Below, in pieces: positions 1 through 11,538 of a stretch of DNA of 64,000 nt. The DNA is taken from the NCBI RefSeq assembly GCF_964204645.1, contig NC_134028.1, positions 25,726,345-25,790,344 on the forward strand, written 5' to 3'. Source of the stretch: Tubulanus polymorphus (taxonomy: Eukaryota; Animalia; Nemertea). Each line of letters begins with the position of its first letter. Position 1 is the first letter of the stretch. The notes below the pieces were generated by a model. That model was not told the DNA's origin. It saw nothing but the letters and a program-made list of their open reading frames with translations, and ran no database searches. The translations under genes and the position numbers were made by a program.

Positions 1-3000
1 CCGGGGCAAGGGCGGCGTCGGTTGTCGTCGGTACGTCTAACATCGTATCCGAGCGTACGCACCGCGTTCCCGAGAAACTCTCGACGCGACGCGGGATACT
101 CGGCGGAACGTCGTACGTCGAGTACGCGCGGCGTTTATCCCAACCGTCGAGCGCCGACTGAGACGACGTCGCCACCGGGTGACTCGCGCTACGATCTCGC
201 AACGCGTCCGAACGAAAGTTCAAATCTCCGTCGACCTCCTTGTTGTCGAAGTCTTTCACGCCGGGATGCGCCGGTTTGAAATTCTCTAATTGTTGACTTA
301 GAGTCGATCCTGAAATCAGATGAAAAAGACTTTCGATGTAGAATACCATCAAAACCTGATACATGAAAGATTGCGAATTATTCATTGAAAATTAAAACCA
401 AAGAAAAGATACGACTCGCACTAGAGGCCAGCAAGTTTTTTTCAGGATGTTTTGAGAAAATGCAAAAGCAATGAATTGTATAAGAGACATCTGTGTGGAA
501 TTCCCATTACGATGAGTCCCTTTTATAAAATAAAGAGTCCACGGGGCTAATTTGGGGCAGGAACCAATGAAATATATTGACTTATAACCTTTTAGGTTTT
601 TTCAAAATTGAAGCAGTTTAATGAGTTAAGTATAATTAGTCAAACTCAGAGGAGTTGCGAGGTCTTTCGAGGTTTTGAGGAATTACATGATCTAGTATGA
701 ACTATGTTTGAATACTGCATACTTCTATTGACGGTGTGTCTATGAGGAGCCGATGATCGCGATGTTGAGTCGTGGTGTAGTTGACTACGACTTAACGTCG
801 TTTCTTCGATTCTGGCGTTTATTTCGTGAGCTTTATCAGTGGCGAACGCGTGAATACCAGAACCTACGAAATCAACAAAAAAAAACACAGCCGTTAATTT
901 AGGATTACGTGTATTAAGCCCAACGCGCACGGCATCGAGACAGAAAAAAAATTCTGTCGTTTTGCTGCTCGCAAATGTTCAACGCGCGCAACAAAAATAC
1001 CTGTAGACAACAGCTGTTTCACCAGTGAATCCTACGACAATAAACTCAGTTATTCACATTTATTTTAGTGTACGCCATGTGATGCAGCGATGCCCCCTGA
1101 TTGGTTATCAGTTTTTCGCTTAAGTGGATATTTCGCGAAACACAAATTGACCGACACACACGAGACGAAAAACGTTCTCAACGACACCAAACATTTTTTG
1201 CCCGATTCGCGAAAAATGACTGGCGTTTAGAGAAAACCCTTTTCTCCTGCTTAGTGCAATGGGCTTTAAAGCCCGACGCACACGGCAAAACATCGCCGAA
1301 ACAGAAACACGTTTTTCGGAAATGTTTTTTGCTCGTGAAAAACGTTTTTCAGTTCAGCGTTTTTTGTTTTGCCTCCCCCGCACACGGCATAACAAAAAAC
1401 ATCGAAAACGTTTTTTCACGTATATTTTTTTACGGTGATTAAATATTTTTTCTTTGCGCGTGTGTTGGGCTTTATCAACTGTGTTACCGTGAACTGAACT
1501 GATAAATAGTTGTCACGACCGGATATTTCCGAAAAATAAACTTCGTTATCAATAACAGCTCACGCAACCGAGTCATAACAACGATATAATTTCGATTAAA
1601 TCCCGAGGCAAACTTCAGGACAATTTGTTTTTGCGTTTTCAGCCAGAATTAAATCTTACCACGCCGGATATTCAACGACCGATTCAGTTCGGGTTTAACG
1701 TTAGCAACAATAGAATTGATTTAGATAATATAAGTGCAATCACTTCCTCATAAGTGGCTGCAAGAGCTGAGATTTCCGAGAGCCAAATGATACTTGTACG
1801 AACTATCACTATTTCAACTATCATTCAATAGGAAGTTGCTGTCGTTACGATTTCTGTATTTTGCGTACGAACTATAAACATGGTTCCCACAGTTATATGA
1901 ATTAAAGATTCCCAAGTTTTTCCCAAGTATTTCATGGGTGATTTTTCAATTTTCCCAAATGGAAATGAACAGATATCATCATACTACAGTCCACATTTTA
2001 GCGGTGACTGGTTGATCAAAAGGTGAGGGAAATCGCGAAACGTAAATGAATTTCCCAAACATTTCCCTGATTTGAGGAAAATTTTTCAAATTCCCAAATA
2101 TTCCCAAACCGGGAATTATCATTTAAAAATTCCCAAGTTTTTCCCAATTTCCCTGTTCTGTGGGAACCATGTATATATTTAACAAAAACTTTGCGTCATC
2201 CGCACACAGAGCGACCACTTCCCCCAATTTACAAATTCCCCCAGTTTTCCTGATTTTTCCATAGCCTAACAGAAAATTCCACGAGTGAATTTGAGGAATT
2301 TCTCAGTCCAAAATGTTAAGATTCATTCAATTTTCATTGAATCGCGAACTGATAAGAGACACACAGGCAATATCTGAATTCCCGGAGTTTTCTAGGTTTT
2401 CGTTAGAATTTGTCAAATCGCTTTCCTTGATTTTTATGATTCCTCGAGTTATCCAGGTCAGTGACCAGCCAGCATACTCTGACAAAATCAATGAAAAAGT
2501 TGGCGATAAATATTCTATTACCGACCCAAGACAATTACTGACATACAACAGCTGTTCGCTGAAATGTTTGTCTTTGCGTATGAACACAATGAAAGAATCA
2601 TCGTAATCCGCGTGATATTGATTTAACCGAGCGGGAGTTGTACCGAGCGGGCGTCGAACCGAGCGGGAGTTGTACCGAGCGGGCGTCGAACCGAGCGGGC
2701 GTTGTACCGACCTTTTCCACAGCGCGAACCACCTTCGAAACAGAACTTCTTTTCGATGACGCCGAACTTCTTCAAATCGCACAAATGCCACGACCAGAGC
2801 AGCTTCGGAGGGAACGACATCGTGAGGTAGAGTCGCTGGTTTTGAATATGCAGACGAACGGGACCGATCGTTAGTTTACTGTGACCGGGTACCCGTACTA
2901 ACAATACCGCATATTCAACATCTATATATAAATATAACAAAGACAAACACGTTATATAAATACAGTTCACTGGAACAAAAATTCAGAAACAAATCGCAAC

Positions 3001-6000
3001 TAAAATCATGGAGTTCTCGGGAGAATCAGGAGTTTTAAAAGAGAAAATTTCTATGGAGGAATTGTCTGCATCACTTTGATATCCCAATTGTGGTAGACTA
3101 CTCCTAAATCGGTACTGTTTATCTCGGTAAAACCATTAATTCAGTGGTTTCGTAAGTAATAATAATAATAATAATAATATTAATAATGATAACAATTCCA
3201 TTTTGTCATATATGAGCATTATATAAGTTTTCTCATGACTGACACACAGTCTATATAACATAGATGACGGGATGTACGGAAAGCCATTGTCGGTTGTGAA
3301 CCCAATGACGCAAACGAAGCAAATCATTATCCATTACACTATCTAAACTCAGAAGCTAATTTGGTAACCACCTAATTGCGTAAAAACAAATCAAACTAAC
3401 GTAGTTCACAATATACAACCCACAAACTAGATATAACTGCCTATTTCTCATAATTGAAGGAGTTTCAGGCATTTTGCTCAAATTAAAAGAGTTTAAAACA
3501 CCTTTAAAACAGTTTGTTTAGACAGAGTTTCTAGGGAATCAAGCAGTCGTAAGGACCTTGCGTGATCAATCTGCCATGAATGACATGAAATCTTGAGCCT
3601 TTAAAAGCAGGCTTAAAAATATAATAGGCCTAATATATTCAGGGGTGGATTCATTAGGGGTGAGTAGGGTGTGCACCTCTCTTTTGGGGAGTGGTATTAC
3701 CAGAATTCATCTTTAGAAAATAATGATTTTAAATGCATGAAATGCCATCTAAAAGCATCCATTTTTCAAAATATTTTTGCGAGAGGACTTTGTTGGTCCA
3801 CGTGGCTGCCACCTTTTCCAATTTTCTAAATTTGCCCTGATACTTTCATACACTGTTGTACATATACTATGTACATAAGAGTATGTACAAATTAATGTAC
3901 TCTAAACCTCCCCTTACTCAAACTTGGCCAGCTCTTAGACTTTTGACTTAACTCGGATATAAATAAAAATCATTTTTTTCTGAGAATATTTTGATATCTT
4001 TAGGAGAAGTATTCGCAAATAGTAGCGATAGTCAGGTCGGCTATGTCTGTATTTTTTGATTTACCGTTTCCGAGGTATTTCTTGATTTTCTCCGTCCAAA
4101 ATTCAATGGCGTCTTTCGTCGGGAAGGCGAGAATGAGAACGTGGTTTTGACAGATGATGCACAGAACGAACTGTTCCTTGTCCATCGGGAAACCCTGTTC
4201 GATCGTGTAGAAATCCTCATTCGGAATTGTCGCCGCAAGTTTATTCAAGTTGATGTTGTTGTTTCTTTCTGCGATGTCTTTGAATAAGATGACGTGAAGC
4301 CGATCTGAAAATACCAAAACGATCACCATTTTTTTGTGAGGACATTTTCAAACTCGAGTCTGTTTTAACTATTTCTAGCCATTTCAGGCAAATTCACCGG
4401 ACTGACACTTCAGTCAGTAAGGTGCTCCCTCCCGGTGCTAACAGCGCTGTATTTTGGATGAACGGATGATTAAATGATAAAAGGGCAAAAAAATACCTAA
4501 ATATGACCACAGTCACCCGAAAACCAGGTCAGTCAATGAAAAGGTTAATAGCAGCTGATTGAACAAATATCGTAGACCAGAATGAAAATAGTTTTCCAAA
4601 AATACAATTTTGAGCGAGAATGGATCGATTCATGTCATGATCTGATATCATGAAATGTTCAACGTATTTGATATTAATGATGACAGGTTTGTTGCCGATA
4701 AGCTTGTCGTTCCTTTTATCAAATAAACCAGGTTCGAAAGTAATACATTCGAAATAAGAAATATTGTCAAATGAGGTAGGCGCGAGCAAATACAGTTGTG
4801 GGAGGATAATTTTAATTTGCATACTACATGTACTGCAATAGGTTACACGTGATATATAGTTTATATGGTCACAGCTGGTACGGGAGCATATGTCTGCATA
4901 CATGATATCCAATAGAACCATGGTCGAGGATCGGGAGGACATCAGCTCCGCGACTGACGCAAGTTAAGCCTGAATGTGACCTTCAAACAATTTATTGCTT
5001 TAAATAAATTTTTTTCGAAATTTCAGAGAATTTCTTTAATCCCAGTCTAGAATCAACAGACGTCAATAAAGCCTGAATGTGACCTTCAATATATTTAACG
5101 CTCGGAATTAATTCTAAAAAAAAAAATTTTCTTATTTCCATTCAAGAGAAAACGGTCTCGAATTCAGGAATTTAGCTCCGGCAAACATACAATAAACCGA
5201 GCCGGTTGTTATTGGGTCAGTTGGAGTCGAGTTCACCCAGTTACCCGTATACCATATATAAACGGGAACGAAACCATTAAAAAAGAAACCGCTATTGATT
5301 TAGTTATTATCTGCGTCTATTCATCACGGAACGACCCTGAGACTCGAGGAGGATTCTACCTCAAAAAGAAAAAAAAAGGATTCTCTCCATTATATACCCT
5401 TTAAATTTCGACGAAGAAAAGGAATTCTTCTCTGACAGCAACAAGTATTTGTCGAGGCCTCGCGGGGTTTTTATGCAAACCGCAGCTTGCCGGCCACGGC
5501 GAAATATATGTCACCTCGACTTACAATGGCATTTTCAATTCGGTAATTTCTGGGTCCCGCTTTTCATCGACGGTTTACAAAAAAGGTAGAACTAGGCCAA
5601 ATGGCCGTCTGCTATAGACACTCTACATCTGGCACTAAAAAATTCACATTAAACAATTCATTCAACATCGCATACAATATATATTCATACATAGCTATAC
5701 ATAAAATAAATAAGGCACTATAGGTTACTAGTGTATTTATTGTGTGTCATATCATCTCATTGAATTCTCCGAAAAACGAATAGATTATATTATTTGCGAT
5801 TCGATGAAAGCATTCATAGTTTTATCAATCATAAAAAAAATCCATTCTAGGGTCCCTACTGATCAGTCATTCCCAGATATACAGGGTCCCTACTGATCAG
5901 TCATTCCCGGATATACAGGGTCCCTACAGATCAGTCATTCCCGGATATACAGGGTCCCTACAGATCGGTCATTCCAGGATATACAGGGTTCCTACAGATC

Positions 6001-9000
6001 GGTAATTCCTGGATATACAGGGTCCCTACAGATCGGTAATTCCTGGATATACAGGGTCCCTACAGATCGGTCATTCCCGGATATACAGGGTCCCTACAGA
6101 TCAGTCATTCCCGGATATACAGGGTCCCTACAGATCGGTCATTCCCGGATATACAGGGTCCCTACAGATCGGTCATTCCCGGATATACAGGGTCCCTACA
6201 GATCGGTCATTCCCGGATATACAGGGTCCCTACAGATCAGTCATTCCCGGATATACAGGGTCCCTACAGATCGGTCATTCCTGGATATACAGAGTCCCTA
6301 CAGATCGGTCATTCCCAGATATACAGGGTCCCTACAGATCGGTCATTCCTGGATATACAGGGTCCCTACAGATCAGTCATTGATGCTGTAGAATTAAACA
6401 AAAATATATGTGGACTTTAACATTGGTAAGGGCTCACAGAGGGCTTTTTTACCCTATTAATGGCATTACTAGGTTAAAAACCAAAAACTGAGCTTAAAAA
6501 GTTTTTAATCTGACCCTTATCCTTGTCAAAGCTGATCATAAAATTACTATTTTCAGAATGTCAACCAATCTATATCCCGCTATCTTCATTTCCGTAATAA
6601 ACTATCGCGATACTAATAGGCCTTAATTAGGGCACCTAATATATCAGTTGACTCCACAGATTACCACTTTTATCTATATGATTTCTATACCAAACTAACC
6701 GGCAGGATATGCACGTTCAATCATTTCATTCCTGTCTGTGAAACATGCATGCCCATAATAAAAAAAAAGATTTAAATGAAATCCAGTGTTAGCTGTTATC
6801 TAGTAAGGCTGACACAAAAGTGAGACACTTTTTGGTAATAAGTAAGCGTTTTTAATCGTAAGGCAAAAATTACACTTTTCTGATGATTTAAAAAGGTATA
6901 TGTAACATAATGATATCATTTTAATGTAACGCAATGCGTGCCCATTATCAAATCATTACATTATTCCAGGGTTCGTAGTAGTAAAGCTGAGGCAAAAGTA
7001 AAGAATTTTTTGTACGTAACTTCCAAAAACGTTGGCAGCAATGAATATATTTACTTGTTAGAAAATGAGATTTGTTCCACTTTTGCGACTATATGGATTT
7101 TCAACTATTTGAACTCCCTTAAATCGCTTATAACTTATCGATGTAAATGCGATGCATGCCCATAATAATGAAAAATAAATGTTAAACTTAATCCATGGTT
7201 TATGCAGGGTTCAAAGCAATAAAGGCTGGTACTGAAGTAAGGCACTTTTTAAAGGCAAAAGTGACATATTTTTTATGTTTTAATAGTGCAGCCTCGTTCT
7301 AATCCGCAACATGGATCATCACAAACATATAATTGTCCATGTATGTATTTGTGGAGCAAATAAAATCTGAATCAAAAAAAAAAATAATTTGAGATGCCAA
7401 AAGTGAAATTAAAGGTTCTATTAACGGTTTAGTTAAAGTAAAAGGAAGCTAAGCTTTTCGAAATTTTTGTGAAAAGCATAAGCAATTTTTAAGGGCCTTA
7501 CAAGATTTATGAAGTAAATCAGAAGCAATTTTCATGTATCTACATTCTCTGGTATCATGAAGCGAATCTGTTTTGATTTTCATTTAACTGGGCGCGAGAC
7601 TTTTTCAGCAATTTATAGCATCTATTTAACAGCGAAATAACCAGCACTCTCCATCTCTATATCATATAGAGGCATGATGTAGATAATTAACGCAAGGTAC
7701 ATTTCATTTTCATGACCCAAAATATTGCGCGGTGTTGTTGTGCGTGTGTGGCATGCCTGAAATGCATCGATCCAAACTAACTTTAATACGGTGCCAAAAC
7801 AGCGGTATTTACTGAAGTTTCCAGCACAATTACAATACTATTCGGGTATATTATAACATATTTTCTATATATCAATTACAATTGTTCTGGCAGCGATCCA
7901 GCCAGACACAAGACGAGAGAGAGAGAGAGCGTTCACATGTACACACACATACACACATACATATAACATAACCCTACAACAACAAAACCACGCAAATAAC
8001 AATGAAACATTAGCACAATGTACTATCCCTGTACCCCCCCCCCCATACGCTCGCATGGTGATAGACCCTCACGCTAGCTAGACCATATTCTCCATATATA
8101 TTCCCATCAGTTTCAGTTCCTTTTTTAATATAGCACAACTAGCAACAGATACAATCAACACGGCCACTTTCCGCCCATTTACAAATGCCCTGAGTTTATC
8201 CTGATTTTCCATGTGATTACTCAAAATTACCAGATTGAATCAGAGAAATGTCAAGGTTAAAAATGTTAAAATTCATTAATTTGTCATCGAATGACTTATT
8301 GATATATAGAGACACGTGGTCAATAGCATTATCTGAGTTTTCCAGGTTTTTGGTAAAATTTGTCAAATTCCCGATTTTTTCTTTCCAGACCAGTGGCAAC
8401 CTGACAATGCTATGCCCCAGTAAGCATGGCGCTGTGAACTGGGATACAGCTAAAATCAAGCTGTGTTTTAATGCAGGTGACCTGCAGCCTGCACCAAACG
8501 CCTTCAGATATTTGATACAAATTAATCTGTTCTTGAAGGTTGCGTCACCCAGATTCCTGCTCGATACATTCTTATTTGAAAATCAGCTACGAATACCGGT
8601 ACTTAACGTAGACATTTTATCGAAACACATTCTTAAAATTGATCATCCACATTTCAAACTGAAATGGTGAATATTAACCGTTGATGAAACACTCTGTAAG
8701 TAACAATGATAGGCCTTGAAAAATCCTATACCTAGAAAAAAGAAAAATTTGTCCCAAAAAGTTTGCCTTCGACATATTTTTGACGAATGACTGTAGTACC
8801 CTAACCTTCATCTTCAGGATATATATATCGACACAAATCAACGATCAATCATCTCACCGATGATTTCTCGTAGGTCTAGTCAAAACATTTTTCGTTGCTG
8901 AAGATGACTAATAGTCATAGTCATCTTCAGGAATGAAACGTCGAAAATCAGTCATCAAAACACACCTGAAGATGACTATTAGGGTCATAGTCAAAATGTC

Positions 9001-10025
9001 AAAAAAAAATTTTTTCGGATACTTTCCAAGAGTGGAATTTTTCTTATTGAAATAATGAATGTCTTGAATGGGATGTGGGTTTGGCATGCCTGCAGAAGCG
9101 CAGGCAATGTACACCTACTGGGTCCAGAATATTTGGGAATAACCTCGACCAGGAAGGTTGATTCAGTGCATTAAGATCACTTCTTAAAAACCTATGGACC
9201 GTGTAAATTATTTCTAACCACATTTTGAGCTGAGTCATAAAACTTAACAATTCATAAATCAAATATGCTATAACTTAGTAAACAAGGGCGGTTCGTGAGG
9301 AGAAAATATGACTCCTTGAAGACCCCAGCAATGTTATACGTGTAGGCCAGTCTATAAGGCATGTTGTGCTGTGCGTCAGGGTACAAATACGCCTACAATT
9401 CCATTAGCAAAACTTTAACTAGGCCTCTTTAAATGTGCCTATTATAAAAGCTTCAGGCTTAAACTATTGAGGTCACATGGAGAATTCAATAAATCAATTT
9501 TACCCTGGATCTAAACCAACTTTATTTGCAAGCGATATAAAAATGATTATTTCCAGACTGGATCTAGCCAGCCACAATGCGATAGGCGTAGAGACCAGCT
9601 GATCTATTTATTAGCAAAATGATCGATGCATTGAAGATTTTGGCAGGGCTCGACTTCGGGTCAACTTCACTTTCGGTGCATTCAATCTTCTAACGTAAAA
9701 ATCCAACTGAAAGAGGTTTCTACTCGAGTTTAAGAGAGAAATGTAACAGTGTGAGTTTAGGTAACGTCGCATATATATCGATTGCTGTGTGTCAGTAGTG
9801 TAGTATACACAGCAGTGGTGGGGTCGGTTCAAACTTACCAGCAACTGGAGACTGTTTTCTCACTACACACCACCGGGACCTCCACTAAAACGATACAGTT
9901 ACACACATATTAACTTCTACTTTCATATTAAACTCATTTACTCGACATTCGGAAACGATTAGTACCTTTTTTCCGTCTCTATATTTCACAGGTCCTTCCA
10001 CGATCGTGTTACTACGGTCGGCCAT
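1..10025 (-). CDS. DOK7: Docking protein 7-like adaptor (PH + IRS-type PTB), 3' end outside window; coding exons 10025-9966, 9884-9839, 4304-4065, 2921-2712, 863-723, 309-<1
   Basis: Spliced translation MADRSNTIVEGPVKYRDGKK|WRSRWCVVRKQSPVA|DRLHVILFKD... closely resembles the DOK7 N-terminus (VEGQVKLRDGKKWKSRWLVLRKPSPVA). PTB exon GPVRLHIQNQRLYL...WHLCDLKKFGVIEKKFCFEGGSRCG. All junctions are GT-AG and in phase. The last exon stays open to base 1 and contains YDVP. Confidence 0.9.
914..1474. mobile_element. Two abutting degenerate MITE-like elements (AGCCC...GGGCT ends, Harbinger/Tourist-like)
   Basis: TTAAGCCCAACGCGCAC at ~914 and GTGCAATGGGCTTTAA at ~1255-1270, followed by TAAAGCCCGACGCACAC...GTGTGTTGGGCTTTA ending 1474. 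The inverted repeats are imperfect. Confidence 0.4.
1879..2171. mobile_element. MITE with 14-bp TIR CATGGTTCCCACAG
   Basis: CATGGTTCCCACAG at 1879 and its exact reverse complement CTGTGGGAACCATG ending 2171; interior rich in TTCCCAA motifs. Confidence 0.7.
2207..2470 (+). mobile_element. MITE family A (CAGRGTGGCCAC-type ends); related copies at 8158-8403, 30804-31110 (inverted) and 44089-44313
   Basis: Copies share internal sequence (CCACTTCCCC..TTTACAAATTCCC..GAGTTTTCCTGATTTT..TTTGTCAAAT). The 44089-44313 copy keeps clear TIRs CAGAGTGGCCAC...GTGGCCACCCTG. Confidence 0.7.
2626..2710. repeat. Minisatellite of alternating 16-mers ACCGAGCGGGAGTTGT / ACCGAGCGGGCGTCGA, ~5 monomers
   Basis: Directly visible tandem array starting at the donor of DOK7 exon 4. 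Confidence 0.9.
5849..6381. repeat. 34-bp minisatellite (AGGGTCCCTACAGATCGGTCATTCCCGGATATAC), ~16 copies
   Basis: Units start every 34 bp from 5849 to 6359 with few substitutions; lies in DOK7 intron 2. Confidence 0.97.
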
Positions 10026-10200
10026 CTTGGTCCCTGTTTCCGGTTTCACCAGTGTTCTCGGCGGTGATTGGCTGAAAATACTACAAACCTAATTTAGTAT
10101 GTACGCACAATTATGTAAACAGAAGCACGTGACAAGCGTCGGATCTGACGTATATTACGTATAACCTTGTGACGTGTTTTAAACGTACACCCACCGTGGG
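10026..10200. promoter_or_regulatory. Probable bidirectional promoter (DOK7 / coiled-coil gene)
   Basis: YY1-like CAAGATGGCCG over the DOK7 ATG, CCAAT box (GATTGG ~10066), E-box CACGTGAC (~10126) and TGACGT half-CREs (~10146, ~10170), all between two divergent genes. Confidence 0.55.
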
Positions 10201-11538
10201 AATTATCGATTTAACGTCGGAGTCGCGATGCGTTCCAACGTCATACGTTCGTTTCTGTTAGTTTTTTTTTTAAGTACGTTCATTTTGTTTGCAAAAAGAA
10301 TTTTCTCGCAGAAAATATTTATACACTGTGCATGAATTTTTTTCTGACATGATTTTTGTTCCTGTTTTAATTTATTCTTGGGGATAACCATTTTAGAACT
10401 CGTGGCCACGTTTCATTAACGGTACTTCGACCATAATATGGGGTACTTCAGAACCAGGTGCTGACAAAATCAATTGTTTGTTTATCTGTTGGGCACTACC
10501 GTACTAGAAGAGTTTTGAAAAGGCCGAGACATAACCGATTATTGATCAAGACATTGCCCGACTAGGCAAATCGAAAATAATCAAAAATTACAAAATTCGA
10601 TAGATTTTAGCATCCTTGGGAATCAGAATCCCGCGCGGGCGGTTGGCACACAGCGTTGCTATCTACAATTATAGGAACTGAGATCTCCGTTTTTAGCTGT
10701 GGGCGGCGGCCTCTTGAGATCCTTCTTAGGTTTTAGAGTAATAGGTCCCGGGTGAATGATAGAATCTTATGGATTAATTGATACAGAATAGAATATGTTG
10801 CTTATATCTTTACGAGAATATGCCTTATTCATAGATTGTTGAATATTCAGTTTAAAGTATACGTGGTTCACGCAGGAAACGATCGAAACCCATAGTAACG
10901 AAAGTTGTCATCAATCGCGAATGCCAGACTGAGGTGCCTGGTTACGAAGACTGAGGCTCTTACACGGCTGAGCTTACTCACGGCCATTATGGGGAAAAAA
11001 GGAAGTTGGATATGGGGGCGTGGAAAAGGTATATTGATTATGCTTTTTATGACGGTTTATATAAGATAAAAGCTTTGTAATTTGAAGTCATAGTCATGCG
11101 TCTATTATCTTCAAAAGATCCTTACGGGGAATTTGTAAATTATCACTTCCCTGATCTATACATCCATTAGTTCTGACCCAGGCGGAAGCCTGAGAGTTGC
11201 GAATAATGGTTATGTCTGAGAACGCACTCTTGCGAGCGCCGCTGGCCGAAGCCTATCGCCCGACAGTTTTGGGGTCCTCCCCCGAGGAAAGTTTGAAAAT
11301 CTCAAAGCTTTCTAGATGCATTTCCAAGGCCAATCTAAGTGACAGGGCCTACTGAAAAATTGAAAAAACCAAAGGGAATCAAATTGTTTGGGATAATCAG
11401 TGCCCATGGACAAATTTGTAAAGCATTTTTCGTTGACAAAAAATAGCGGAATGCAGGATTTTGCTAGCAAGTGCACCTCTTGGGTACGGGCCCTGTTATA
11501 AGGTCAATTGTTTTAAATGTCTGACAACAACATAATTC

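Noticed and set aside
22-279. Plus-strand 85-aa ORF
   Set aside because: Antisense to the open DOK7 exon 6 frame.
2313-2791. ORFs 2313-2606 and 2327-2791
   Set aside because: They run through a MITE, a minisatellite and an alternate frame of DOK7 exon 4.
8217-8670. 140-aa and 80-aa ORFs in DOK7 intron 2
   Set aside because: The first half is MITE family A sequence; no recognisable domain or splice support.
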